A DNA stretch of 62,601 nucleotides, counting the filler, from Pirum gemmata (taxonomy: Eukaryota): assembly GCA_002812295.1 (NCBI GenBank). It is 26 parts of 26 records of this genome, joined end to end, with 100 filler letters (N's around TTAATTAATTAA, not from the genome) between each part and the next. Parts side by side here need not be neighbours in the genome. Positions count along the whole stretch, not along the records: positions 1 to 2,067 come from PDIN01008798.1; positions 2,168 to 4,246 come from PDIN01008799.1; positions 4,347 to 8,039 come from PDIN01008800.1; positions 8,140 to 10,179 come from PDIN01008801.1; positions 10,280 to 12,335 come from PDIN01008802.1; positions 12,436 to 14,482 come from PDIN01008803.1; 20 more parts are not named here. The stretch is one strand, 5' to 3'. Below the pieces are notes generated by a model. It was given only the letters and a program-made list of their open reading frames with translations, searched no databases and was not told where the DNA came from. A program made the position numbers and the translations under genes. Positions 1-12,510 of the stretch are shown piece by piece (position 1 is the first letter of the stretch; the number at the start of each line of letters is the position of its first letter).

Positions 1-238
1 ATTATTATTATTATTATTATTAGGGTTAGGGTTAGTAGTATTAAAAAAAAAAGAATTAGTGGTAGTTCACTACTACTTATATTGATAGTGGCAATGATAT
101 AACTGACCTTAGCCTTAACCTTAACCCTAACCGTAACAGTAACAGTAACAGTAACCGTAACCGTAACCGTAACCGTAACCGTAACCCTAACCCTAACCCT
201 AACCCTAAAAATATTTACTTTCTATTTCAAATTATAAG

Positions 239-1303
<1,065 letters not shown>

Positions 1304-2067
1304 GTTTGTAGTGACTTATTATCTTTATTATCATTATTATCGTCGTCGTCATCATCATCATCACTATCAGTAGTTATTATTATTATTATTACTATTACTA
1401 TTATCATTATCATCATGATTATCGTTATTATTATTATCATTTTCATCATGATTATCGTTATTATTATTATCATTATCATTATCATCATCATCATTAGTTA
1501 TTATTATCATCATTAGTTATTATTGTCATTATTATTATCATTATTATCATTATCATTATCATTATCATCATCGTTACTATCATCACTATCATTATCATTA
1601 TCGCTATTATTGTTACCATTATTATCGTCATCATCATCATCATCATTATTATTATCATTATTATCATCATTATTATTATCATTATTATTATCATCATCAT
1701 TATCGTTATTTTTGTTATCATTATCGTTATTATCATCACTATCATTATCATTATCATTATCATTATCGTCATTATTGTTATTATTATTGTCATTATTGTT
1801 GTCACTATTCGCCATTATCATTATCATTTTCGTTGTCATTATGGCTATTATCATCATTGCCATTTTCATTATTATCACCATCATTTTTGTTATCATTATC
1901 GTTATTATCATCACTATCATGATCATTATCGTCATTATCGTCATTATTATTGTCATTATTGTCGTCAATATTATCATAATCATAATCATAATCATTATAA
2001 TTATCATTATCATTATCACTGGTTGTTATCTTCATTTTTATTGTCAGCATTATTATTATTATTATTA

Positions 2068-2167
2068 NNNNNNNNNNNNNNNNNNNNNNNNNNNNNNNNN
2101 NNNNNNNNNNNTTAATTAATTAANNNNNNNNNNNNNNNNNNNNNNNNNNNNNNNNNNNNNNNNNNNN
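2068..2167. other. Artificial scaffold-joining linker (first of 25)
   Basis: 44 N + TTAATTAATTAA (stops in all six frames) + 44 N. The same 100-bp linker also starts at 4247, 8040, 10180, 12336, 14483, 16612, 18774, 20953, 23131, 25309, 29201, 31347, 33530, 35707, 37884, 40727, 42873, 45023, 47183, 49323, 51472, 53353, 55533 and 60544. Confidence 0.97.
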
Positions 2168-2250
2168 ACTAGTAATAAAAACCATAAAAATCGGAAAAGT
2201 TCCGGCAGCTGTTCGGTAATAATAAAATGACGTCATCTCACCCCTACTAC
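2168..2250 (-). mobile_element. Partial MITE (family D, hAT-like TAGGGGTG terminus)
   Basis: Reverse complement closely matches 61722-61800 (TAGTAGGGGTGAGATGACGTCAT...CAGCTGCC...ACTTTTCCGATTTTATGGTTTTATTACTA). Confidence 0.75.
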
Positions 2251-2584
2251 TCTAACCCTAACTCTTACTCTAATCCTAATACTAATCCTGACTTTAACTC
2301 TAACTCTAATCCTAACTCTAACCCTAACCCTAACTCTCAATTTAACCCGAACCTTAATTATAATATTAACCCTTATAAATTACCTAACCTTAACTCTAAC
2401 CCCAACCCTAACCGTAACCCTAACCCTAACCCTAACCCATATTTATAATATTTTACTATAATATTATAATTAATATTAATATGTTTTTTTTTTTCAAAAA
2501 AATTAATTATTATTTATATTATTCAATATTTTTGATTAATTTATTAATATTAATATTTAAAAATGAAACTCCATCGATTAACCT

Positions 2585-3495
2585 TTAAGTCTTTAGGGCA
2601 TAATTATGTGTTGGGCCGTATTGGTGTCGAAATAGTTTGGTTTTTGAAGTTCGGTTTGTATGTTTAGGGCAAAAGTTTTCATCATTTAGGGTAGCAGTGG
2701 CATTGCCCCCACAAAACAATTTAATATCATTAGCAGTAAAAGAAAAAGTGATTAATGGTAAGAATTGCGTTTTATTTTAATTTGAAAACTGTGAATTTGG
2801 AAACTAATCAGTTTATATTTTAAGGCTTTAGGGCATATGTTTTAGGCCATGTTGATGTTGAAATAGTTTGGTTTTTGAGGTTCGGTTTGTATGTTTAAGG
2901 CAAAGGTTTTCACCATTTAGGGCAGCAGTGTCGTTGCCCTCACAAAATACTTCAATATCATTAGCAGTAAAAGAAAAAGTGATTATGGTAAGAATTGAGT
3001 TTTATTTTAATTTGAAAACTGTAAATTTGGAAACTAATCAGTTTATATTTTAAGACTTTAGGGCATATGTTTTGGGCCATGTTGGTGTTGAAATAGTTTG
3101 GTTTTTGAAGTTCAGTTTGTATGTTTAGGGCAAAGGTTTTCACCATTTAGGATAGCAGTGGCATTGCCCTCACAAAACAATTTAATATCATTAGCAGTAA
3201 AAGAAAAAGTGATTATGGTAAGAATTGAGTTTTATTTTAATTTGAAAACTGTGAATTTGGAAACTAATCAGTTTATATTTTAAGACTTTAGGGCATATGT
3301 TTTGGGCCATGTTGATGTTGAAATAGTTTGGTTTTTGAAGTTCGGTTTGTATGTTTAGGGCAAAGGTTTTCACCATTTAGGGTAGCAGTGGCATTGTCCT
3401 CACAAAATACTATAATATCATTAGCAGTAAAAGAAGAAGTGACTATGGTAAGAATTGCATTTTGTTTTAATTCGAAAATTGTATACTTGGAAACA
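2585..3495. repeat. ~230-bp tandem repeat, about 4 copies, overlapping the 3' end of the 3288-4034 gene
   Basis: CTTTAGGGCAT anchors at 2591, 2826, 3056 and 3286 (periods 235, 230, 230). Confidence 0.95.
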
Positions 3496-4034
3496 ATGCT
3501 GTGTTCTAAGACTAAAGTAGCTTGGTTTTGTAATTGAACTAAACCCGAAACTAATACTGTTGGCGAAAATTTCATCTCACATTTGTTTTTTATCTGCAAA
3601 TGGTTAAAGGTTCCAGAGTTGATTTTATGAAAACGATTGTTTTGACAATGGTATTGATTGTTGTTTTTTTTAGCGTTGTTGTTGCTGTTGTTGCTGTTGC
3701 TGTTGTTGTTGCTGTTGTTGTTGCTGTTGTTGTTGCTGCTGCTGTTGTCGTTATTGTTATTGTTATTGTTGTTGTTGTTGTTTTTAACGTGGTGGTGGTA
3801 ATGGTAGTGATGGTGGTGATGATGGTGATGGCGATGGTGGCGATGGGGTTGTTGGGGTTGTTGGTGATGGTCAATGTTGTTATGATGATGCTGGTGACGA
3901 TGATGACGATGGTGGAGGTTAATGTTATGATGGTTGTTGTTAATTTTGTTTTGGTGATAGTTGTAATTAGGTTGGTTTGCAAATGCTAAGGCAACAATGC
4001 AGAGAATAATAAATGTAATTTTGTTAATATTCAT
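3288..4034 (-). CDS. Putative secreted His-rich/Asn-rich protein
   Basis: ATG start, signal-peptide-like MNINKITFIILCIVALAFA, poly-His and poly-Asn tracts, then a non-repetitive beta-rich C-terminus. Confidence 0.65.
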   Translation of the reverse strand: MNINKITFIILCIVALAFANQPNYNYHQNKINNNHHNINLHHRHHRHQHHHNNIDHHQQPQQPHRHHRHHHHHHHHYHYHHHVKNNNNNNNNNNNDNSSSNNNSNNNSNNNSNSNNSNNNAKKNNNQYHCQNNRFHKINSGTFNHLQIKNKCEMKFSPTVLVSGLVQLQNQATLVLEHSIVSKYTIFELKQNAILTIVTSSFTANDIIVFCEDNATATLNGENLCPKHTNRTSKTKLFQHQHGPKHMP

Positions 4035-4529
4035 TTTGTTTATAATTTAATTTTTCGTTTTTATTTTATGTTTTTGGTTTTGGTTTTTGTTTTTTGTTTT
4101 GTTTTTGTTTTTGTTTTTTCAGTTTTTTTTTTTCGTTTTGTTTTTTGTATTTTTGTTTTGTTTTGTTTTTTGTATTTTGTTTTGTTTATTTTTTTTATTG
4201 TTTCAACATAATATTATTTTGTTTTTTTTATTTTTATTATTTTTTTNNNNNNNNNNNNNNNNNNNNNNNNNNNNNNNNNNNNNNNNNNNNTTAATTAATT
4301 AANNNNNNNNNNNNNNNNNNNNNNNNNNNNNNNNNNNNNNNNNNNNTTTCATTGGTAATAATAATTTTGCCCTTCTTAGTATTATTATTTCCATATTTGG
4401 ATTAAATTTGAAAGTTTTGCGATTTGTGATTTTTCAGGCTTAGCTAAGTGCTACGGTATAGGAGTTTTGGCTGGAATTTGCCATGGTAGATAGGTTGTAT
4501 ATATCGTGCTTTTCAGTTATGTGCATAGT

Positions 4530-5740
4530 GAGTCTCGCGAATCAAGCGTAAGTTCATTAAAAAAAAACTTCGATAAAACCAACCCAAGATTAAGTTTTGA
4601 TCGTGTATAAGTCTCGAGAATCAACTTTATTCGAGCGTAAGTCTTGTCAAAAAAAATCGATCGAACCCAAGCTTTGATCTCTTTAAAAACTTTACATAAT
4701 TCTCGGGAATCAACTTTATTCGAGCGTAAGTTTTGTCAAAAACTTTGATCGAACCCAAACTTCAGTCTCTTTAAATGTGCGTAAGTCTTGCGAATCAACT
4801 TTATTCGAGCATAAGTCTCATCAAAAAACTTCGATCAAACCAACCTAAGTTTAAGTCTCTTTAAAAACTTTGATCGTGCATACGTTTCGCGAACCATCTT
4901 TATTCCAGGGCAAGTCGCGTCAAAAAACTTCGATCGCCGCACCCAAGCTTAAGTCTCTTTAAAAAAACTTTGATTGTGTATATATAAGTCTCGCGAATCA
5001 ACTTTATTCGAGAGTAAGTCTTGTCAAAAAAATTCGATCGAATCTTAAGTCTCTTTAAAAAACCTTGATCGTGTACACCCGCGTAAGACTCAAAACCACC
5101 AAGCTTAAGTTTCTTTAAAAAAACTTTGATCAGATTTGGTTCAACCTCATGATTCTTCTGTCGCTATTCCTTCCTATACTCTAAATTTACCTCTACCATT
5201 CTTCTTTTCTCGTGATACTGGTTTGAGTTTACCTACTGCTAGTTTACCTTACAATGAAATAAGTTTCGCTTTAAAAAAACTTTGATCGTACATAAGTTTC
5301 GCGAATCAACTTTATTCAAGAGTAAGTCTTTCCAAAAACCTGCGATCAAACCCAAGCTTAAGTATCTTTACAAAATGTGATCAAAACATAAGTCTCGCCA
5401 ATTTACTGTATTCGTGCGTAAGTCCCGTCAAAATATTCGATCGAACCCAAGCTTAAGTTTCTTTAAAAAAACTTCGATCAAACTCAAGCTTGAGTTTCTT
5501 TAAAAAAACTTCGATCGTGTATAAGTTTCGCGAACCAACTTTATTCGAGCGTAAGTCTTGTCAAAAAAATTCGATCGAACATGATCGAACCCAGTCTCTT
5601 TAAAAACTTTCACCGAGCATAAGTCTCGCTAATTAACTGTATTAGGATCTGAGTCTCGTCAAAAAACCACAGTCGAATCGAAGTCTCATTGCCAAAATCT
5701 ATCGAACATATCTCTCGCTAAACAACTTCATATGAGCGTA
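4530..5740. repeat. Diverged ~90-bp CpG/palindrome-rich satellite within a ~1.5-kb unit
   Basis: Recurring AAGTCTCGCGAATCAACTTTATTCGAGCGTAAG...TTCGATCGAACCCAAGCTTAAGTCTCTTTAAAA. The flank 4359-4532 recurs at 5864-6037. Confidence 0.9.
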
Positions 5741-6311
5741 ACCCTATATATATATATATATATATATACAAACATATATATATATTCTTTTTTACATACT
5801 ATTGTGATTGTTATTATTTAGATGAAAGTTGTGATTGTTTTGAGATTTTCTAACTGTAATTTGTAATAATTTTGCCCTTCTTAGTATTATTATTTCCATA
5901 TTTGGATTAAATTTGAAAGTTTTGCGATTTGTGATTTTTCAGGCTTAGCTAAGTGCTACGGTATAGGAGTTTTGGCTGGAATTTGCCATGGTAGATAGGT
6001 TGTATATATCGTGCTTTTCAGTTATGTGCATAGTGAGNTTAACCCCAACAACCCAACTAACCCCTAACCCTAACCTAAACACCAAAACCCCTGTTCCCCG
6101 ACCTAAATTCCTAACCCAACCTCCAACCCCTAAACCCTAAACCCTAAATCTAAACCTAATCCTAACTCTGACTTCCTACCCCCCCGAAATTCCTTAACCC
6201 CGAAACCCCAAAATCCCCAATCCCTAACCAATAAATCCCCTAATCCCCTAACCCCTATCTTTTAATCCGTAACCTCTAACCCCTACTCTAAATTCTAACC
6301 CATTCAATTAC

Positions 6312-7015
6312 CTGTAATCTTTGTTTTTTTTTGTTTTTCTTATGTTTTTCATCGAGGGCAGAAATCTTTTTCTCTTCTTTATTATTAGTATTATTATTAT
6401 TATTATTGTGGTTGTTGTTGTGGTTGTGGTTGTGGTTGTTCTTACTTTTATTGTTGTTAGTGTTAATATCGGCTTTGCCGGTGTTGTTGTTGCTTTTATT
6501 GCTGTTGGTGGTAGTGTTAATGCTACTATCGTTTTTGTTTCTATCACAAATAACTTCTTGATTCTTATTCTCTATTTTGGGTTTGTTTTTCTTACTCTTT
6601 TTTGTCTTTGATTTCTTTTTCTTGTTGTCATCAGCGTTGTCATTTTCGTCATTAATATCATTAGTACCTTTATCAACATTACAATCACCACTATTATCTT
6701 CATTATCGTTTACAATTAAAATACCTTCAGCATTGTTTTTTGCATTCTTACTCTTATTGTTTTTTTTCTTCTTACTTTTCTTGGATTCGGAGTTACCATT
6801 ACTGTCGTTGTTATCATTGTTGTTGTGGCTATTGTTGTCGATGTCGTTGTTGTTGTTGTTGTTGTTCTTATTTTTGTTTTTGTTGTTGTTGTTGTTGTTG
6901 TTCTTTTTATCATTGTTGTTGTTACTATTGCTGTTGCTGGTGTTGCTGCTGCTGCTGCTGCTGCTGCCGTTGTTGTTGTTGTTTTTGTTGTTTTTGTTGT
7001 TGTTGTTGTTGTTGC

Positions 7016-7052
<37 letters not shown>

Positions 7053-7361
7053 ACTCGAAGATTTTCGGTAATTTAACGACTTTAAAAACTCTTGAGTAAA
7101 TTCTGGAGTTTCATCTTTAGGGAATACAAGAGCCTGTGCCAATTCGCGTTTTATTCTCTGCCTTTCTCTTTTGTTTGGTTTAGCAATAGCAATATCATTT
7201 CCACTTTCCTCAGCGCTACGCTTATTATTGCTGTTACCATCGCTGTTGTTGTTATTGTTGTTTTCTTTATTGTTTTTAGCTTTTCCATTTTTTTTTGTAA
7301 ATTTCTTTTCAGAGTTGTCAATCGTAACACCCCAGTCTGGGATTTCGAATTCAATTTCCAT
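6312..7361 (-). CDS. First exon of a Lys/Asn-rich, probably nucleolar protein; N-terminus resembles RRP8/nucleomethylin
   Basis: 357-codon ORF starting MEIEFEIPDWGV (Rrp8-like F-x-x-x-x-W start), basic low-complexity body, CAG|GTAATT donor at 6312/6311. The methyltransferase domain is not in the scaffold, so the RRP8 call is tentative. Confidence 0.55.
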
Positions 7362-7920
7362 CTTTGTTGTTATTGTTGTTTTAATTGTTGGGGGTGGATG
7401 GTGATGTTGCTTTTGTTGTTTTTATTGATAAATGATATTTATTATATCTATTTATTTATAAAGCAAAGAAACTAAGCAAAGAATATCAATATCATTCACT
7501 CTATTGTAAGAATATTAAATTTTTAAGATATTTTTTTTTTATCAGAAAAAAAAGCCCCACGATTTTCAAAAATAAGAGGAAACAAGTTTCAATTTTTAGA
7601 TCCGCCTATGACGTCTTTTAAAAATTTGTAATTATTATTAAATAGTAAGTAAATGATAAGTTTAGTTAGGTCTATAATGATATGACGCTTTTATCACTTG
7701 TGATGTCATTAATTTAACGCTCCTATTCACATGCTTTTTAGCTTGAGAAACTACTCATAATTTGGTTATAAATAATAATTTACTTTTAAAAACAAAGAAA
7801 ACATCAAATCTTACCAAAATATTTCAAAGTAGCAAAAAAAAGAATAATTTGGCAATATTTTTTAAAAATTGTTGATAAAAAATAGAAAAATAGGTCTAGT
7901 GTGTATCGGTCAGAAAAATG

Positions 7921-8030
7921 GTCTCAATAGAGCCCGGGGTGTGGGCTCAATTGAGCCCGGGATGTGGGCTCAATTGAGCCCGGGATGTGGGCTCAATTGA
8001 GCCCGGGATGTGGGCTCAATTGAGCCCACC
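7921..8030. repeat. 23-bp tandem repeat with a 16-bp perfect palindrome
   Basis: GGGCTCAATTGAGCCC+GGGATGT at 7943, 7966, 7989 and 8012, plus one degenerate upstream copy. Confidence 0.95.
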
Positions 8031-8190
8031 CTTTTTTCCNNNNNNNNNNNNNNNNNNNNNNNNNNNNNNNNNNNNNNNNNNNNTTAATTAATTAANNNNN
8101 NNNNNNNNNNNNNNNNNNNNNNNNNNNNNNNNNNNNNNNCTACTACTACTACTACTAGTACTACTAGTACTACTAGTACTACTACTATTT

Positions 8191-8226
<36 letters not shown>

Positions 8227-8743
8227 TAGCTACTACTAATACTACTACTATTACTACTACTAATACTACTAATACTACTAAACTATCAATATTAGGATTA
8301 ATTTTTGTTTATTTTTTTTCTATTTTTTAATCGAGTTTGCAAAGACTGATAGAGTGCTGTACTAATTATAAAGCTTCGATTTCCTCCTCTTTTATTATAT
8401 TCTAATCCTAACCCTAACCCTAACCCTAACCCTAACTCTACCCCTAACACTCCTAAACACTTAATGAAAACTATTTCAATTAATACTAGGCCCCCAGTCT
8501 ACTACTATAATATACTCCTACCAATTACTACGTATACCACTAATATTAGGGTAAGGATTATGTATAATTCTGTTAGATATTCAATTTTCAAATAAAAATC
8601 ATAAACTTAGTTTTATATATTATTGTTATTTTTCATTGCGTTTACGAGTGTTGTGCACCTTAACCCCAGCCTTAACCCTACCCCTAACTCTAACCCTAAC
8701 CCTAACCCTATCTCTACCTCTACCCCTACCCCTAACCCTTAAT

Positions 8744-9984
8744 TTAACTATCTACTACTTCAATAGATAAATCATCAATAGTAATTACATGGTTTAACTT
8801 ATCCAAAGCAACTTTCAGCTCGAACTCATTCAATACCTTTGAATTGCTAAGGCAATCATCATCAATATTATCAGCAATACTATCATCCACATCAGCCCAA
8901 TGTTTTGTAACAAATTGCTTACTCAAAAAATAAAAAATAGGAATCCCAATACAACCAATAGCTATAAAAACCAAATACAAATACTCTAAATTTCCCGTAT
9001 TTAAATCGTTAGGAAAAAACATAGATAACGAAGTAATGATGGGGGCAGTAAACCCGCTTGAAATGGCCCCCCTCGAAACTAAAACAAGACCTAAACAAAA
9101 CGATCTTGTTTTTGGTGGTGACTGCGTGTAAACAAAATCAATCATCACTGGGTTAAAAAAACACTCGCTAATTCCCAACACAGCAAATGGGATTAAATAA
9201 TAATACCCACTAAAATCAGACATGTAAATACCTACTCCATTAGCATTAACTGGAGCACAGTTACTGTAACCTTCTCGAGTTAACAAAGGTGCTGACCGAC
9301 GAAATATTTCCAAAACCAAAACAATAACCATCGCTATTATACATATAACAAACGCGGAAGTAATTTTAGAGACAAAACTAATTGGAGAACCTTTTAGCTT
9401 GGCTAAACAAGGGTATATAGCGCGATTTAAGAAAGGTAAAAAAATAACAATGGCTAAAGAATTGGCAATATTGTATACAGCACCGTTCATTTGTATGCCT
9501 TGGACTAATAGATTGCTTTGGCAAGTGGCAGCTTGCATAGGGCCAAAACTACTATTTTGAAGGACACCAAATATTATGTTTCCAGTTAGTATTATAGGGA
9601 TTAAGTCAAATACACCTTTTGCCTCTTTTATTGTTAAAACTTTGTGCTCTGTAATAGAATTTAAATGATCATTATTCAAATGACAAATAGTTAATGTAAT
9701 TGTACACAATAAAGCTAAGGTTAAACTAATATAACTAACCAACATAGCAATGTTTTCATCCATTAAAAACGCTTGAACTATGGCTATGGTTATCGACAAT
9801 ATTAAACCAGACCAAGCTATTAAAATGGAAGAACCTTTTATTCTATGTTGCCCAGTAAGAGAGGGCCGGATGACGTAATAAACAAGTGAATTGAGTGAGC
9901 CAGCACCAGTAGGTTTTGTTTTTTTATACTTGGAAGATCTAACAAAGAACAAAATCATAGCAATAATACTAAAGGTCAAGCCAA
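8744..9984 (-). CDS. POT/PTR2 (SLC15-type) proton-dependent oligopeptide transporter, terminal exon
   Basis: Multi-TM ORF with LIPFAVLGISECFFNPVMIDFVYTQSPPKTRS and NTGNLEYLY, typical of the PTR C-terminal half. Acceptor TTACAG at 9985. Confidence 0.85.
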
Positions 9985-10279
9985 CTGTAATTAAAAAAAT
10001 GTATATTATAATAAATAATTAATATTTACAAATTAATATTTTGATATTATATTATATAATAATAATAATAATTAATAATAATTAATAATAATAATAATTA
10101 ATATTAATAATAATTAATAATCAATAACAATTAATAATTAATAATTAATTAATAATAATAATTAATAATAATAATAATANNNNNNNNNNNNNNNNNNNNN
10201 NNNNNNNNNNNNNNNNNNNNNNNTTAATTAATTAANNNNNNNNNNNNNNNNNNNNNNNNNNNNNNNNNNNNNNNNNNNN

Positions 10280-11197
10280 CCTAACCCTAACCTTAATCCT
10301 AACCCTAATCCTAACTCTAACCCTAACCCTAACCCTAACCCTAACCCTAACCCTAACCCTAACCTTATTAAAATCCCAATCGCTTACGCGGAACAAAAAA
10401 AGACTCTCAAAATCGCTCTTTACTCGGTTTCTATTGGAAAATGTGATAAAGAAAGTTATAAACGAATGGAGGACTGGTTAGGAATAAGAAAGGTTACTAG
10501 TTTTTATTATTTTACTGATTGTAATGAAACTTATAAAGAATCTTCTCGAATAAGAAATGTGCAATTAAACAACAATAACTTTTCTTTTCCTCCCAATGTT
10601 TTAAGTCGATTACCCAAGTTAGTTCCCCAACGTTTTTTGCCCGATTACGATGTGTGGATTTATGTTGATGATAACATAGTTAAACCCAATTTAAAATTAG
10701 CTGGGAAGTATCTGAAATACTTTATCCGCAAAAATGCTGACCATCTTGTACGAAAACATCCCCGTCGCACTTCAGTATTCGCTGAAATGAATCTAATATT
10801 GGATCGTGGGCTATGTCAACCACACCAGGTGAAAGCCTTACGCAAAACTCTCTTGAACGAAAAATTGCCGAATAGTCTAGGTTTAAGTTATAACAATTTT
10901 ATTATTAGACGAAACAATTATAATGTGCGCTTGGTGAATGAAATGTGGTGGGACAACTTTTTGAAATTTGAATGCAAACGAGATCAACTAACCTATGAAT
11001 ATAGTGTATGGAAAGCAAAGGTAAACTACCACCAAATTAGACCTCAGGGTTATTATAATGATTGTATTTTTCATAAAGATTCGTGCCTGTATAATGAAAC
11101 AATACTTCATCATAGAACTGATATAAATTATACTTTACTTCGTAAAAGAATAAAAAAGAGAAAATTGAAAAATAGAAAGGCTTTTTTAAAAACATAA
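10280..11197 (+). CDS. DUF616 / TOD1-MUCI70-type glycosyltransferase (5' partial)
   Basis: Frame is open upstream of the annotated Met. Motifs: KIALYSVSIGKCD, SRLPKLVPQRFLPDYDVWIYVD, HPRRTSVFAE, WW...KRDQLTY. Confidence 0.8.
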   Translation, partial: PNPNLNPNPNPNSNPNPNPNPNPNPNPNLIKIPIAYAEQKKTLKIALYSVSIGKCDKESYKRMEDWLGIRKVTSFYYFTDCNETYKESSRIRNVQLNNNNFSFPPNVLSRLPKLVPQRFLPDYDVWIYVDDNIVKPNLKLAGKYLKYFIRKNADHLVRKHPRRTSVFAEMNLILDRGLCQPHQVKALRKTLLNEKLPNSLGLSYNNFIIRRNNYNVRLVNEMWWDNFLKFECKRDQLTYEYSVWKAKVNYHQIRPQGYYNDCIFHKDSCLYNETILHHRTDINYTLLRKRIKKRKLKNRKAFLKT

Positions 11198-11311
11198 AAT
11201 AAACCTGAGTCTTAGGAAATAAATCTCTTTGTGTATTTCTTTTTTTAACATTTGAAAAAGAAAAGACAAGAAAAGGAAGAAAAAACGAATGAACGAAAGA
11301 ATGAAGTTTAC

Positions 11312-11691
11312 ATGTGGTGGGACAACTTTTTGAAATTTGAATGCAAACGAGATCAACTAACCTATGAATATATTGTATGCAAAGCAAAGGTAAACTACCA
11401 CCAAATTAGACCTCAGGGTTATTACAATGATTGTATTTTTCATAAAGATTCGTGTCTGTATAATGAAACAATACTTCATCATAGAACTGATATAAATTTT
11501 ACTTTACTTCGTAAAAGAATAAAAAAGATAAAATTGAAAAATAGAAAGGCTTTTTTAAAAACATAAATAAAATAAACCTGAGCCTTAGGAAATAAATCTC
11601 TTTGTGTATTTCTTTTTTTAGTTTTAACATTTGAAAAAGAAAAGACAACAAAAGGAAGAAAAAACGAATGAACGAAAGAATGAAGTTTACT
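11312..11691 (+). pseudogene. Tandem duplicate of the 3' end and 3' flank of the DUF616 gene
   Basis: Near-identical to 10943-11311, with substitutions such as SVWK to IVCK. Confidence 0.85.
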
Positions 11692-12478
11692 ATAAAAACA
11701 AATAGATCATTTCTTACAACTTCGAGTTAGACATCGATGAAATAAGTAAAATAAGAATAAAATAAATAAGTATTGGTATTAATAATATTAATACTATTAT
11801 TAAATAATTACCTAAAAAATTCAACAGTTTGATTTAGTTGTTACTATTATTATTATATTTAATTTCCCATACTATTAGTATTACTATTACTATTACTATT
11901 GCTTCTACTATTGCTGTTACTATTACTATTATTATTAATATACTATTATCACCATTGCTATTACAATTACGTTTGTCAAAATTTATATTGTGTTCTCTTA
12001 TACCTACCCCCCTTATCAAATTATATTTGAAATTATTATCACATTCTATACTTCCCGATTTTTTATTGTTTTGCTATGTATAATATATTTAATGGTTTTC
12101 TTTAAATTTCTTATCATTTTTTTTTTTTGCTAAAGATCGAGTAAATATTATTCTCAACTGCAGCTGGAAATACTACAGGTAGTATAATGGGTACATCTTT
12201 CAATTTTACTAGTGCTGTCGAGCGTGCTATTGAAGATATTGTCGATGTGGCTTTATCTTTGAAAATGATGCTTTACCCCATGCCAACACAAAATTTACAA
12301 AAGATTTGAATTGTAATAGTAATAGTAATAGTAATNNNNNNNNNNNNNNNNNNNNNNNNNNNNNNNNNNNNNNNNNNNNTTAATTAATTAANNNNNNNNN
12401 NNNNNNNNNNNNNNNNNNNNNNNNNNNNNNNNNNNAATGATAATGATAATGATGATGATGATGATGATAGTGATAATC

Positions 12479-12479
<1 letters not shown>

Positions 12480-12510
<31 letters not shown>

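Noticed and set aside
2585..3290. TAA read as Gln (ciliate-type code), suggested by CAA-to-TAA in the repeat copies
   Set aside because: Long conserved ORFs (anoctamin, cupin, GT2, TLK exons) have no in-frame TAA/TAG and complete ones end in TAA/TAG. The repeat period also breaks frame.
7921..8030. CRISPR-like palindromic repeats
   Set aside because: The 7-bp intervening sequences are identical and far too short to be spacers.
12136..12309. Possible terminal exon (…TSAVERAIEDIVDVALSLKMMLYP…)
   Set aside because: Coding-like, but no confident acceptor and no recognisable domain.
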